The translations under genes were made by a program, and so were the position numbers. A stretch of DNA of 55,539 nucleotides from Nemertoderma westbladi (Eukaryota; Animalia; Xenacoelomorpha): assembly GCA_032718475.1 (NCBI GenBank), contig JAUCBJ010008838.1:1-55539 (forward strand). The letters run 5' to 3'. Positions 34,080 to 45,600 of the stretch are shown here, one piece after another. How positions within the stretch are numbered: the stretch's first letter is position 1; the number at the start of each line of letters is the position of its first letter. The notes under the pieces are model-generated. The model saw nothing but the letters and a program-made list of their open reading frames with translations. It had not been told where the DNA came from and ran no database searches.

Positions 34080-34429
34080 TGTTAAACGAACTACCCCAGC
34101 CTAACCAATAAAGACACAAAACTGCTCTATTTACTAGACGGGGCAATCAGGAGCGTATAATTACTAATGTAGGGTTGCGCGCAAAGCCACTACTTACCGT
34201 TGGATGGCGCTAATCTGCCGTCCGCTAATATATTTCCTAAATTTCTACGGCTCCTACTAAATTCTCGTTCCTTTCTCTACCAATTACTCGATAGAGAGCT
34301 AACTGTTCGAATATATGAGCCACGCGGGAATAACCAAAACAATAAACCCGAATCGGCTCCCTAAGCTGACTTAAAACGAGTGTGAGAGACTTGACACTCA
34401 GAGTGTATTCTATAGCCTAATATTACTGT

Positions 34430-35053
34430 GGGGCGAGACACGTAGTCGGCGAGCCTTGGCATACGGTTCATATAGGGTAAATGGGGCATGTCCGTCTGTC
34501 TGTCTGTCCGTCTGTCTGTCCGTCCGTCTGGTAAATGTTTGAACGCGAATTTCTCGGCATCGCTGGTTCGGAATTGAACCAAACTTAGTAGGCAAGTAGT
34601 AGAGAGAAAGTTTAGAAAGTTTGTAAAGTTTGGTGAAAAATCATGCAGTCTGACGTCAGCTACGACAGATTTTGTGGTTTTTAGAAAATGTTAAATTTCT
34701 CGGGAAGGCCTCATTTTCCTGAGCTGAAATTTTGGTGGCCTGTAGAGAATCATGAAGTCTATCTTTTACGAAATTGAAAAGTTAAGACATTTAATTGGGG
34801 ATCCGCTAGAGACTCAGAAGTAATGACATAGGCCTACCGGTACGGTACTGCTGTACAGTGCTGCACTGGTAAGTACAAAATTGCAGAATAACAATTTGAC
34901 ACCACCTAGCGGATTAACATATGATTGTATATCGAATGAATACATTTATAGCATGGGATATGGGGTTCAAACTAGACATGCCCCATTTGCTCTATATGAA
35001 CCGTATGCCAAGGCTTGCCGACTACGTGCTGCGCGAAGTCCCCACGAACGTGT
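34430..35053. mobile_element. DINE-1/Helentron-associated-like non-autonomous element inserted in the LTR
   Basis: Absent from the other LTR (empty site ATTACTGTAAATT at 51287-51299); ~55-bp subterminal inverted repeats; (GTCY)n microsatellite; TGT on both sides. Confidence 0.75.
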
Positions 35054-37070
35054 AAATTTGCGCTTACAACTACCTTGCGCTTACAACCTAATCGCATCTA
35101 ATCGCAATACTGGGGTTCCCTAACGGAATGTGTGAATGTGAGAATATTTAAATAATCAAAATCGATGCAGCGTTTATTTTGGGACTCAGGCTTATCTGCG
35201 GCTGGCTTTAGGCCAGCAAATTACTGATGCGCGTTGCGTACTGTATACTACGATGTGAATTTTGTCCGCTAATTCAAATAACCGCCCAGCGTGAATAGTG
35301 TACGGTACTCTAAAATTATTACCTAACTACCCTCCGCTATGCAGCGTACAAATTCCTAATTTTACTAATTAATTTCAGTCACAAATATGTAACGGCATAC
35401 TAATTACTAAGTATTCCAGAATGCGCAATTCTAAATTATTACGCAACGGGTCACACTAGCAACAGCCTAAGATACCGTATTATTTTTCGACCTAATCAGA
35501 AATTAATTACAGTAAGCTAAGAAATAGAAATCAATCAAAGGGGAAAAGAGCGCCTACCTAAGCATTCGTAATCATAGGCACACTTCAATAACACACCAAT
35601 CAGCGTCAGCAATCACAGATCACAATAGTACAACTTGCAATTATACAATCCGCAATTATATAATTTGCCATGCAATTCGCTATCGTAAAGCACGCAGGCC
35701 TCTCCCAGTACGTCTAAGGCTTCCTAACTAACCCAATTCCTGCCCCCCTAATACTACAAAATAGAGACAAAACCTGGATCATCAGCCCCTAATTGCCGAA
35801 CTGGCGTACTTGACCCACCCTACGCCGCAACTTGCGCGCGCAATAGTAATCCCCCCCCCATGTTGCTTGTCTTTGAATCCTCTGCACTCCCGTCGTCGCT
35901 AACCCCCCGATGCGCCCGCCGCGCTTACCGGTACCCTAGCCCTCCATCAGAATGAGTAGCTACCGTAGCGGCACATGCAAATCACAAAAGTCTGACAGTC
36001 TGAGAAATCCCGTAGGATTATTGTCGAAAGGAATCACATAGAACCATTTACTAAAGGGTAGAAATCATAGTTCCAACTTGTAATTAATAGCGATCATTGA
36101 GATTGATTGAGAAACACAAACAAGAATCGAACAGAAATTGCAAGTTAACGAATCATTGCAAGAAATCAAAAAGGGCAGTAAATTACGCAGAAAACTAAGC
36201 ATCGAATAATAGTTGAGCTGTGTGGTGTATAACAAGTGGGTAAGGGAAGGTATGACTAAGCATGTGTGTGTAGACAATGGAAGTACGCCAATTTATAGGT
36301 GATTTGAGAAGGGTGATGCAATCGATCTCTCATTGGCTCCCCAATCCGAGCTAACATCGGACCAACCTGGAAGCAGTTAGGCCAATAAGAGAGCCGGATT
36401 GTGGGCCTATAGCTCCCTGAAATCGTAAATTGCCACCATATAAGGTAATTTTCCCGATGCTTAATTTGGCGGTACTAATAATATCATGCACAAATATAAA
36501 TTTAGCGCAATTATAGAGAAATTAAAACCAGTAGCTAGCCTCATCAAGGCTAATAACGGCAAGCCCAGATCCAGGGTCCAACAAGGACTTGCTACCCTGG
36601 AACTATTTACTTATATCCTATTACAAAATTAGGTAGGTAGGGCTACATACTATACAAAATGGATGAGTTCAAAATATATGGGCGTTTCAACTTCCTTATC
36701 TAAATGTCATTGCGCGTTATGCCTTATCTAAATAATTATACTGCATCACGGACTAATATATGATACTATATAATGAACTAATATATTATACTGCATTAGC
36801 CATTAGGTACGGTACTACATTGCTGTGCCTGACTGTAGCAGTGGGCCTACTACAACAGTACTGCACTTCACACATCCTGTTAACTCGTATATACTGTAGG
36901 CCTACCCACTGCGTTCATCTAAGTCGTCATGTAATCGTTGTAGTGGTCAGTCTAGGATTTTAACATAAGATGTAGAGTTATCATTATGCATTACTTCTGT
37001 ACCGGTAATTAATACCTGAATAACATTGGTGATACGGTGATTCCGATTAGCAGATTAGGGAAGAAAAACA

Positions 37071-37838
37071 ATGGCGACGCGCCGTCCGTCGATGACAGAA
37101 GTCGGAAAGATGAATAAAGATGCCTTAAAAGAAGCATTAACGAATTTACTCAAAGAGAACGATAACATTGCAGCCGGAACGTCGCCCCAGCCGAGTACTG
37201 GGTGGGACGATAAAATCCAACAGATTCTGGATGAGGTGATCGCTATGCGAAACGAAAATAAAGTGTACAAGGAAAGATTAACACTCCTCGAAGATGACAA
37301 TAAACAACTGAAGGATACAGTCGCGAGCCAACAGAAGTACTTGGAATGGTCTGATGCAGATAAGCGTAGCTGTAATCTTGTTATAACTGGCCTATCGGAA
37401 ACGTCGAGTATAACCGTAAATAGTGTAACAGCGGCCACGGATAAAGACAAGGTGTCCGTGATTTTGGAATCAATCGGGATGGGAGAAGAAATATTCGCTA
37501 TTGATGAGATACAACGGCTGGGAAAATCCAGCAGCCCCGGAGAAAACGGTTCCGTCAGAAATCGCCCAATAAAGTTATCATTTAAATCCCGAAATGCTGC
37601 AAGAAAGATAATTTTGAGCGCAAAGAACCTAAAGTCATTCTTGGGATTAGATAAAGTATATATAAACAGGGACACCCACCCAGCGATTAGGAAGGAACAG
37701 GGAAGGTTGCATCACCGGAAGAAGGAAGAAAGCGATAAACCTGAAAACCAGGGTAAGGAAGTCACCATAGACTGGGCTAACCGCGTACTTACTGTCGACG
37801 GAGTTACGGTAGATTACTACAGACCGGCGATTTTTTAA
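37071..37838 (+). CDS. LINE ORF1 (coiled coil plus RRM-like domain)
   Basis: NLVITGLSE, RLGK, RPIKLSF and VYINRD motifs; 255 aa; directly upstream of ORF2. Confidence 0.85.
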   Translation: MATRRPSMTEVGKMNKDALKEALTNLLKENDNIAAGTSPQPSTGWDDKIQQILDEVIAMRNENKVYKERLTLLEDDNKQLKDTVASQQKYLEWSDADKRSCNLVITGLSETSSITVNSVTAATDKDKVSVILESIGMGEEIFAIDEIQRLGKSSSPGENGSVRNRPIKLSFKSRNAARKIILSAKNLKSFLGLDKVYINRDTHPAIRKEQGRLHHRKKEESDKPENQGKEVTIDWANRVLTVDGVTVDYYRPAIF

Positions 37839-37846
37839 GTCATGGG

Positions 37847-40800
37847 ATGAAAAACTCTATACAATTTTTAGCAATAAATATTAATGGTGTTACCGGGAAA
37901 CTGGAAAGTGACTATTATTCTAAACTAGCAGCCCAGTATGACATAATCGCAATTTCAGAGCTCAAAACTCAGTACCCAATTGCTTTGGCAGGTTTTTCAT
38001 TTATTCGAAGCCAATGTATCCGAGGTGAGGAACTACGAGGTGGTGTAGGACTGTTCATCCGTTCTACAATTATTAATAACGTATGCAATGTAAATGTTTA
38101 TAAAGATCAAATTTGGTTCTCGTTAATTTTTGATTGTAGCCTCCGTTTTGGCGCTGTGTATATCTCCCCAACCGATTCGCCTTATCATGAATTTAGTGCA
38201 TTTTCGATAATAAATGAACAGTGTCATAAATATAGTAAAGTTGTAGTGTTCGGAGATATCAACGCCAGACTTAGCAACTTAGATTATTTTACAGACAATA
38301 AAGCAAACATGACATTTTCGACAAACCCGGATACAGTCCTAAATAGTAATGGTCGTGAAATTCGCCGTTTATGCTCAGCATGTACGCTAGTTCCCCTTAA
38401 TCATCTCAATACTCCAACAAATAGTTACCATGGCGACCTGACTTATAAACAAGGTAGCAAGTGGGTTTCCCAAGTGGACTGGGTACTGTGCAGCCCCTCC
38501 ATATTACAATATATTGGATTCTTGACGGTTATACAATCAGTGAAATATACGGATCATGCTGCGTTAAGTTTTGACTTTACAGCTGAGTATACAGACCTGG
38601 ACAGTTTGCTAACACGAGCGAATCAACTGGGCGAAACACACATTACACAAAGTCAAAGTAAACCCTGTAACCGGTACAGTCGTATCGATGTACAACTGTT
38701 TAAAGAAAAAATAAATAACATGAACCCACCAGGAAATAACAATAACCCAATATCAACCAGAGCACAATTTAATACCACCATAGTTTCCTCACTAACTCAA
38801 CTAGCCAAACAATGCCCATCGATAAAGCGAAACAAACATATGCCTGTGTCAAGGGATAAGAGCAGTAAAAACTCAATAGCACGATGGCAATGGTTAGTGG
38901 CTATCAATGAACCGAAAACATTGTGGAACGCAATAAATTGGAATGGAACTGTGAATCATGACATCAGAAATGATGAAATAAAGTATACGCCTACCGACAG
39001 TGAATTCGCAAATTATTTTAAAGACCTGCTGTCACCAAAATTCACCAATGATTTGGAGCACTTTATAAATGAAAAAATCGCCAAGGTAACTCTGAACATC
39101 CCTGTCCTGGACGATGATATAAACCCGAACGAGGTTGCCGAATGTATAAACTCCTTAAAACCAAACAAGGCAGCCGGTGTAGACGGCTACCCCCGGGCCT
39201 GTTAAAGCTGCTGAATGAAGATTGGCTTATATCACTCACGCAATTTTTCAACCGTGTATTTTCTGGCAACACCCAGTATCCAAGTGAGTGGTCTATGTCA
39301 AATTTTTTCGCAATTTTTAAAAAGGGCCGACGGTTTTTACCGAAAAATTGCCGGGGAATTTCGGTAGCACCAGCACTAGCAAAACTATATGATTCGGTTT
39401 TAACAAAACGCTTCAACTTATGGTACAAACCGCACCTGAAACAGGCTGGTGGGCAGCCAGGTCGCGGTTGCATGGAACAAATTTTATGTATCAGGCTAAT
39501 TATAGATATATCCATACGTATGAAAAAACAACTATTCATCGCATTTATCGACTATGAAAAAGCCTACGATAAAGTCGACCGCACAAAGCTTCTTCAACGA
39601 TTAATAGATAAAGGATGCGGCGCGAAGTTTCTTATGGCCCTCGCTAGATCTATGCAAAACACTACAAACAAATTCGGTTCCTGCATATTCGAGAGTACTG
39701 CAGGGGTGGGTCAGGGAAAACCATCGAGTTGCCCATTATTCTGCGCCCATATAGACCCTATAGTGGATGTGGTTGACGACATGGGAGAAGATGATTGGTT
39801 GCGCAGTTTTCACTTATTATTATTAATGGATGATACCTGTGTTTGTGCCACTTCACGCAGTATTCTAATCGAAAAAGTACGGCGAATAAAGAAGAAAAGT
39901 GATGAGCTGGGTATGATAATCCACCCAACAAAATCAAAATTTTTATCCTCGGCCGAATCAAACCAAGATCAAGACCCCATTAAAGTTGATGACATCATCT
40001 TACTATGCGTTGATTCATATGTATATCTTGGAGCAACCATTTCCATCAACCCGATATCTGTGCAGGCCACCGACGATATGAATTCCCGCATGTCCAACTA
40101 CAACAAGTTTTCATCATTCCTAGCAAAAAACGCTGATGCCCCATTTACTGTAAAAAAATTGGTATGGAATGCTGCCTTACAATCAAAATTGTTATACGGA
40201 AGCGAGACATGGCTGTGTAACAATATTAAGCCGATCGTATCAATGACCATAAAGTCTCTTAAACATTTACTAAACGTGAGATGCACGACACCAAATGATT
40301 TAACATGGATAGAAACAGGAGTGGAACATATAGAGACAACAATAAAAATACGACAAAATAACTTTCTTCAAGGGTTAACAAGGAGATCTAATTTCGTCGG
40401 AAGTTACCACGAGTTCGCAATAAAATTAGCATCGAGTCTAAAAAGCCCATGTGGTAAATATATTGACAACATGATGAATGGTAATACTAATAACCCTCAA
40501 TCCTCATTAAACGTGATAAAAGAGCGTACCACAGCAAATGTTAGAAATTCCACGAGGATATCAAATTACCTCCAGTTCAACCCGAATTTAGTCTGCCATT
40601 CAGTTTATAGTGACTCCTCTATTCCAGAATTTCAAAGAATTGACTTTACTAGAATATGGATGAGTTCGACGTCGCTACCAATGGAAATGGGAAGATGGTC
40701 GCGTATCCCAAGAGACGAACGACTATGCGCGTGCGGTGACATTCAAACGGACACACATATATTTCTAGAATGCTCTTTATCGTCATTGCAAAGAGCCAAA

Positions 40801-40908
40801 TACCTTGAGAGTAGTGACAGAGATCTACCAACGGCCCTAGGGAGTTTGAGCAATTCAGAACTAACTAGTTTGTGTCATGAAATTATCGAGGTACACAAAA
40901 AGTACTAA
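37847..40908 (+). pseudogene. LINE ORF2 (APE + RT + C-terminal Cys/His motif), single frameshift near 39188
   Basis: NING, GDINAR, TDH (APE); AAGVDG|PPGLLK split across frames; DYEKAYD, QG, MDDT (RT); CACG..H..EC. Confidence 0.9.
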
Positions 40909-42123
40909 TGTAACGAATTACGATCGGCTTAATTTCAAATTTCAATTTAAATTTCTTTCTGTCATTATCAGAAATTTGTAGTACATTTAGTATAATTAAT
41001 TAAGTAGAATAAATCAGGAATACAATTATATCGTATCCAATAGAAATCGGAAATATACTTCGGTAGTACAGTAAATCGTAAGTAGTATATATTTAGTATA
41101 CATTTTATAATTGGTCTATCCTTTGCTTTATGGTGCTTGTTGTTTATATTGTTTGTTTGAGTTTTCATCCCGGATACGACAATAAACTAACTAACTAACT
41201 AACTATAATGGACTAACATTATTATACTGTATAACGGACTAATGTATTACATAATGTAGGTACAGCGCCATATACCGTAACACCGCTCCAAGGGAAATCA
41301 TGCAATGTTTCCCTCCAATTGTAGAAGAGTATAAGGCGATGTATACAAAACAAAATAAATCTCTTTCAAATAATCTAAAATATCTTGATACTATACTATT
41401 TACAAATATTGCTATAGATATTGCATAATGGATTGCATACAAATTAAATTTACAAAATATTATCTCTCTCAATGTTAACGATTATTACATACAAATTAAA
41501 TTTACAAAATACTGTTTCTCATTCGTTCTACATAATGATTACTACATACAAAATTAAATTTACAAAAATATTACTTCCTTTATTTATTTACAAATTGACG
41601 GTCTACCTATTGAAATGGAACATGGCTAGGGCGATGTCCCCCATTTCCCATCTCAAATTAACGATCAACATTAACAAGATAAACTAAATATAAACGTATT
41701 TGAGGCTAAATTTTTAACTAAATTGCATTAAAGGCCGATAATCAAATTAAATATAAAATACGTAATAATTTCTTTCATTTTCGGACTTTACTTAATTTCT
41801 TATAAAAAACGCAAATCATCTTGGTTTGATGATTGCTCAGGTAAGTGAAAGGAGTAAGCCAAACCCGCGGGTTTGTCTCCCCAATCACTTCCTTTGCCTC
41901 TTTCAATAAACTTTAGAGCAAATAAAGTCATATACACAAAATCAAATATAGTATAAAGTATTTACTATCTCCAACGGACTATAAAGTAAAAGTATTTCCT
42001 TTCAATATTTTTCGGCCTTCGAAATTAAAATTCTAAAATATGGATACGACTAGTGTATATGAGTCCAGTCGAATGATTGATTAAAACCTACGATATACAT
42101 CAGAGCGACGATGATGTATATGT

Positions 42124-42532
42124 CTAGAGTATGTCGCTCCGTGATATTATAGTCTCATCGGCTAGCTCCTGGGTCTCTCGGGCTCGCTCCTCTCGTTTGT
42201 CCCCTCTCCAGATACACCAGTCTACCCCCTGTAGACTCTGTTGACGGCGTTCTTGAGGCATCACTTCCCGGAACCGGCGACGACGTTCCCGGGCACCGAC
42301 TATCTCCCGTCTGGTGCTCCTCCCTCGGCCTCGTCCCATTTGCCGTGTCCCTGTGGGCGCCTCCGCCAACTCCTCTTTCTTCAACTATAAAATGGAACTG
42401 CTCGTCCTTGGCTTGACGCTTGCCAAGGACTCCTCCTTCTGGTACTTGCCGCGAGCTGTGAGCTCCGGCTGTTGTCGCTGTGGGAGCGGCGGTCCGTTGC
42501 TCCTCCACTCGTTCAGAGGTCAATGACCCCAA
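42124..42532 (-). pseudogene. Possible remnant of an accessory ORF downstream of pol in element 2
   Basis: GC-rich, coding-like, Arg-rich island in an AT-rich 3' region, sense to the element; no recognisable domain. Confidence 0.35.
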
Positions 42533-42649
42533 ACGAGTCTCCTTAGGCCGCCAATTGTGCGCTGGGTAATAAATCTAGACGTATATATCAGAGCGACGAT
42601 GATATATAAAGGATTGGACATATTCGGGCTTAATAGTGCGTGCGTCGAA

Positions 42650-45600
42650 ACTTCCCGAATTAATTTGGAGTAAATATCGTATAAATCGCGGATCGTGGGT
42701 ATAGTTAGTAGACGGATGGATGGCGCGAATCGTTGTTTCAATTTTCGAATTCGCTCACTATTAGTGCTCGTCCGTTCTCCTAAATGTTCCAAATGTTTTA
42801 AACAAAGGTACGAAATATATCGGCTTAACCACGCAGTTCTTTTACAAATTTTCAGCCAAGAGGCAGACGAATTTAGTAATTTGTCATAATTACTACATGG
42901 CTCTAATGCCGGCGACGGTTGTCCGCTAACTAATGGAAGTTTCGAATTCAAACCCACAGGTTTGGAAACCAAAGGCTCCATTGTGTCGGTCATTTTCTGT
43001 CCGTCACTTACCAACTGTGACTCTGGTTTAGTCTGTAAGGGTGGTTTTACGTCATAACTTACCCTTCCGGACCTAGTAGTCACGTAAGTCTGTTGGTCTG
43101 ACAGGTCTCCAGGCCGCTCCAATGACTCTTCAGGCCGCTCCAATGACTTGAGTTTGGCTTTAGACTTTGACTTAGAGACTTTCTCCACCTTGACTTCTGC
43201 ATCTTCAGGCATCGGATTGGTCACTATCTTTAGTCGCTCTGGCCAATGTTCCTGTGTCCTCGTTAGAAAATCAGGTCCATGCAACCAAAACTCCTGCGAC
43301 TCTTCCTGACAGAATTCCGCTGGCATTGCACCTGTCAAAGTTATGTCGGCCGGGTTTAACACTCCCGGACAATGTCTCCATTGTTCCTTCGTCGAAAAGT
43401 CGACGATCTGAGCGCGTCTATTGGCCACAAATGTCTTTAGTGCAATATTGTCGGCCGCGATGTATACTAACACCAAGGATGCGTCCGTCCAATAGAATAA
43501 GGTCAATGTCGTGTCTAACTCCTCTGTTATCTGCTTACTTACCTCGACTGAAACTACGGCCGCCTGTAACTCTGCACGAGGGACAGTCATATATTTGACC
43601 GGCATTGTCTTTGATCTAGAAGTCACAAAGGCCGTCTCAAATTTATCCTGACTCACCTCTCAGCGAAGGTAGGCTACCATACCAAAGCCGGTGTCACTTG
43701 CGTCAATAAACAAGTGGAGTTCGAGATCAGCTGGGAATACCAGCTGATTCGGAAAGTAGGAACGGGGTACATCTATATTTTTCAATAGATGCAACTCGGC
43801 CTCCCACTCTCTCCACTGCTTCGCATGTATAGGAGATATTGGCTCGTCCCACTCTAGGTCGGACAACCAAATTTTCCTCATACACGCTCGTGCCTGTAAT
43901 ATTACCGGACTGATAAAGTTCATCGGGTCAAATAGTCTACTTAACGTCGATAAGCAAATTCTCTTTGTCAAAACTTTGTCTGGGCTACTGGGCTCAAATC
44001 GAACTCTTACCTGGAACTTATCCGTGTTCGGATTCCAAGCGAGTCCCAGTACTCGCGCCATGGGGATGGGTTCTACCCCCAATTCTATGTCTCCGCTCCC
44101 GCGATCTTTTACCGGGAACAACTCTAATAGGGCCTCCGAGTTAGTAGTGAACTTGGTCAGAGGAAATCCCCCTGTAGCCAAGCACTCCTGCAGGCCGTGA
44201 GCCACTTCTATGGCTTGTTCCGCTGTGTCCTTGGACACCAATCCGTCGTCCATGTAGAAGTTTCTCAAGATGGACTCGATAACCTCTACTGGATACTTAC
44301 CAATCTGGGCTGTTGCTGTTTTCTTTAAAACAAACAGCGTGTCATTCGGACTATCGCGGGCGCCAAATATCCTAACGTACATTTGGTATGTAACCACTGG
44401 GCCGGATAAGTCTTCATTCTCATACCAGAGAAATCGAAGGCTATCTTGGTCTGCCTTACAGGCTCTTACCTGGTGGAACATCGCCTCGATGTCACAAGTA
44501 AATGTGAATCGCCGCTGTCTAAAACGCAACAGTATTGGGACCATCCATCAACTCTGAATTCAGGGACATACCTCTTTAGACTGCTGCGCAGTCGTTGACT
44601 ACTCGGACTTTGTCAGGCTTGTCAGGGTGAGTCACATAGTGGTGTGGGAGGTAATAAGTCTGTTTTGTCACTAAGTCAGGGTCCTCTACCTTCCCAGCAA
44701 ATCCCTTGGCAAAATAGTTGTTGATCTGGGCGCAATACTTCTCCCTAATGTCCGGATTCTTTAACAACCGAGCCCTTACTCCGTTCAATCTTTTCAAGGC
44801 TAAGCTGTAGTTGTTCTCCAACTTAGGTGGTTGTCGACGCCACAACATTCCAACTTCAAAATGTCCAGTCGGTAGCAGACGTATGGTATCTTCTATCATC
44901 TCCAGCGACCGTTTCTCATCAGTAGACATGGCTAGGCCATATCCACCGGGTTCCATTGCGTCCCTATCCAGCCATTCGACGGTTCTGGCTCCTGTCTCGA
45001 GGTCCTGGCGTATCAATTCCTTCTGCAATTCCTCCTCACTGTATTGGAAAATGTCTAGGTCTCGATATTTAGCCACTTGACCCTCCACTATGTCGGTATA
45101 AGTCAAAACGTTACTTAAATAGGTAGCGTGGGCCGCTGAACCAGACCCACGGGTCTGATAACAGTAGTCCTCGGGTTCACTATCTGTCCGGTCGTTATGA
45201 AGTGGTTCCGACAACCTAACATTATCGGGAATCAACTCCTCGTCCGACTCGCTAAAGTCACTATAGTGGTCAATACAGGTTCTCCTAAACTCGTCTATGT
45301 CTGGTGGTTCTACTAACGGTGGTTGAGTTATAGGCTGTAATTCGTTGTATCTGTCTATTGGCTTGTCGCCACCTGTAAACTCATAAGACATGGGTACTCT
45401 TGTATACCAACCTAATATAGTCCTATGGGCATGTGGTCCATTGACATGCGGCTCAGCTGGTCTCGTTTCCCATATTTGGTGTGCGATCAGCTGTTCTGCA
45501 CCAATCAACATAGAAACATTCCTATAACCTACCTGGTGTCTGGGTATTCTGAGCTTGTCAAAATACTCCTGTGCTATGGGACTCATCGGCGGCACCTTAC

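Larger units (their letters stand above)
36797..41204 (+). mobile_element. Near full-length L2/CR1-group (Crack/Daphne-like) LINE
   Basis: 5' UTR, ORF1, ORF2, then AATAAA followed by an (ACTA)n tail at ~41180-41204. Confidence 0.88.
34080..41282 (-). repeat. 3' LTR of element 2 (~2.2 kb net, TGTTA...TAACA), interrupted at 34430-35053 and ~36797-41204
   Basis: Near-identical to 50945-52781; a 23-bp internal tandem (ATTATACTGYATMAYGGACTAA) resumes across the LINE. Confidence 0.85.

Noticed and set aside
34361-34595. ORFs with DGRTDRRTDRQT repeats
   Set aside because: Translation of the GTCY microsatellite in the DINE-like insert.
36065-36277. Identical 70-aa ORF at 36065-36277 and 52308-52520
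   Set aside because: Identity is explained by LTR duplication; non-ATG start and no evidence of coding selection.
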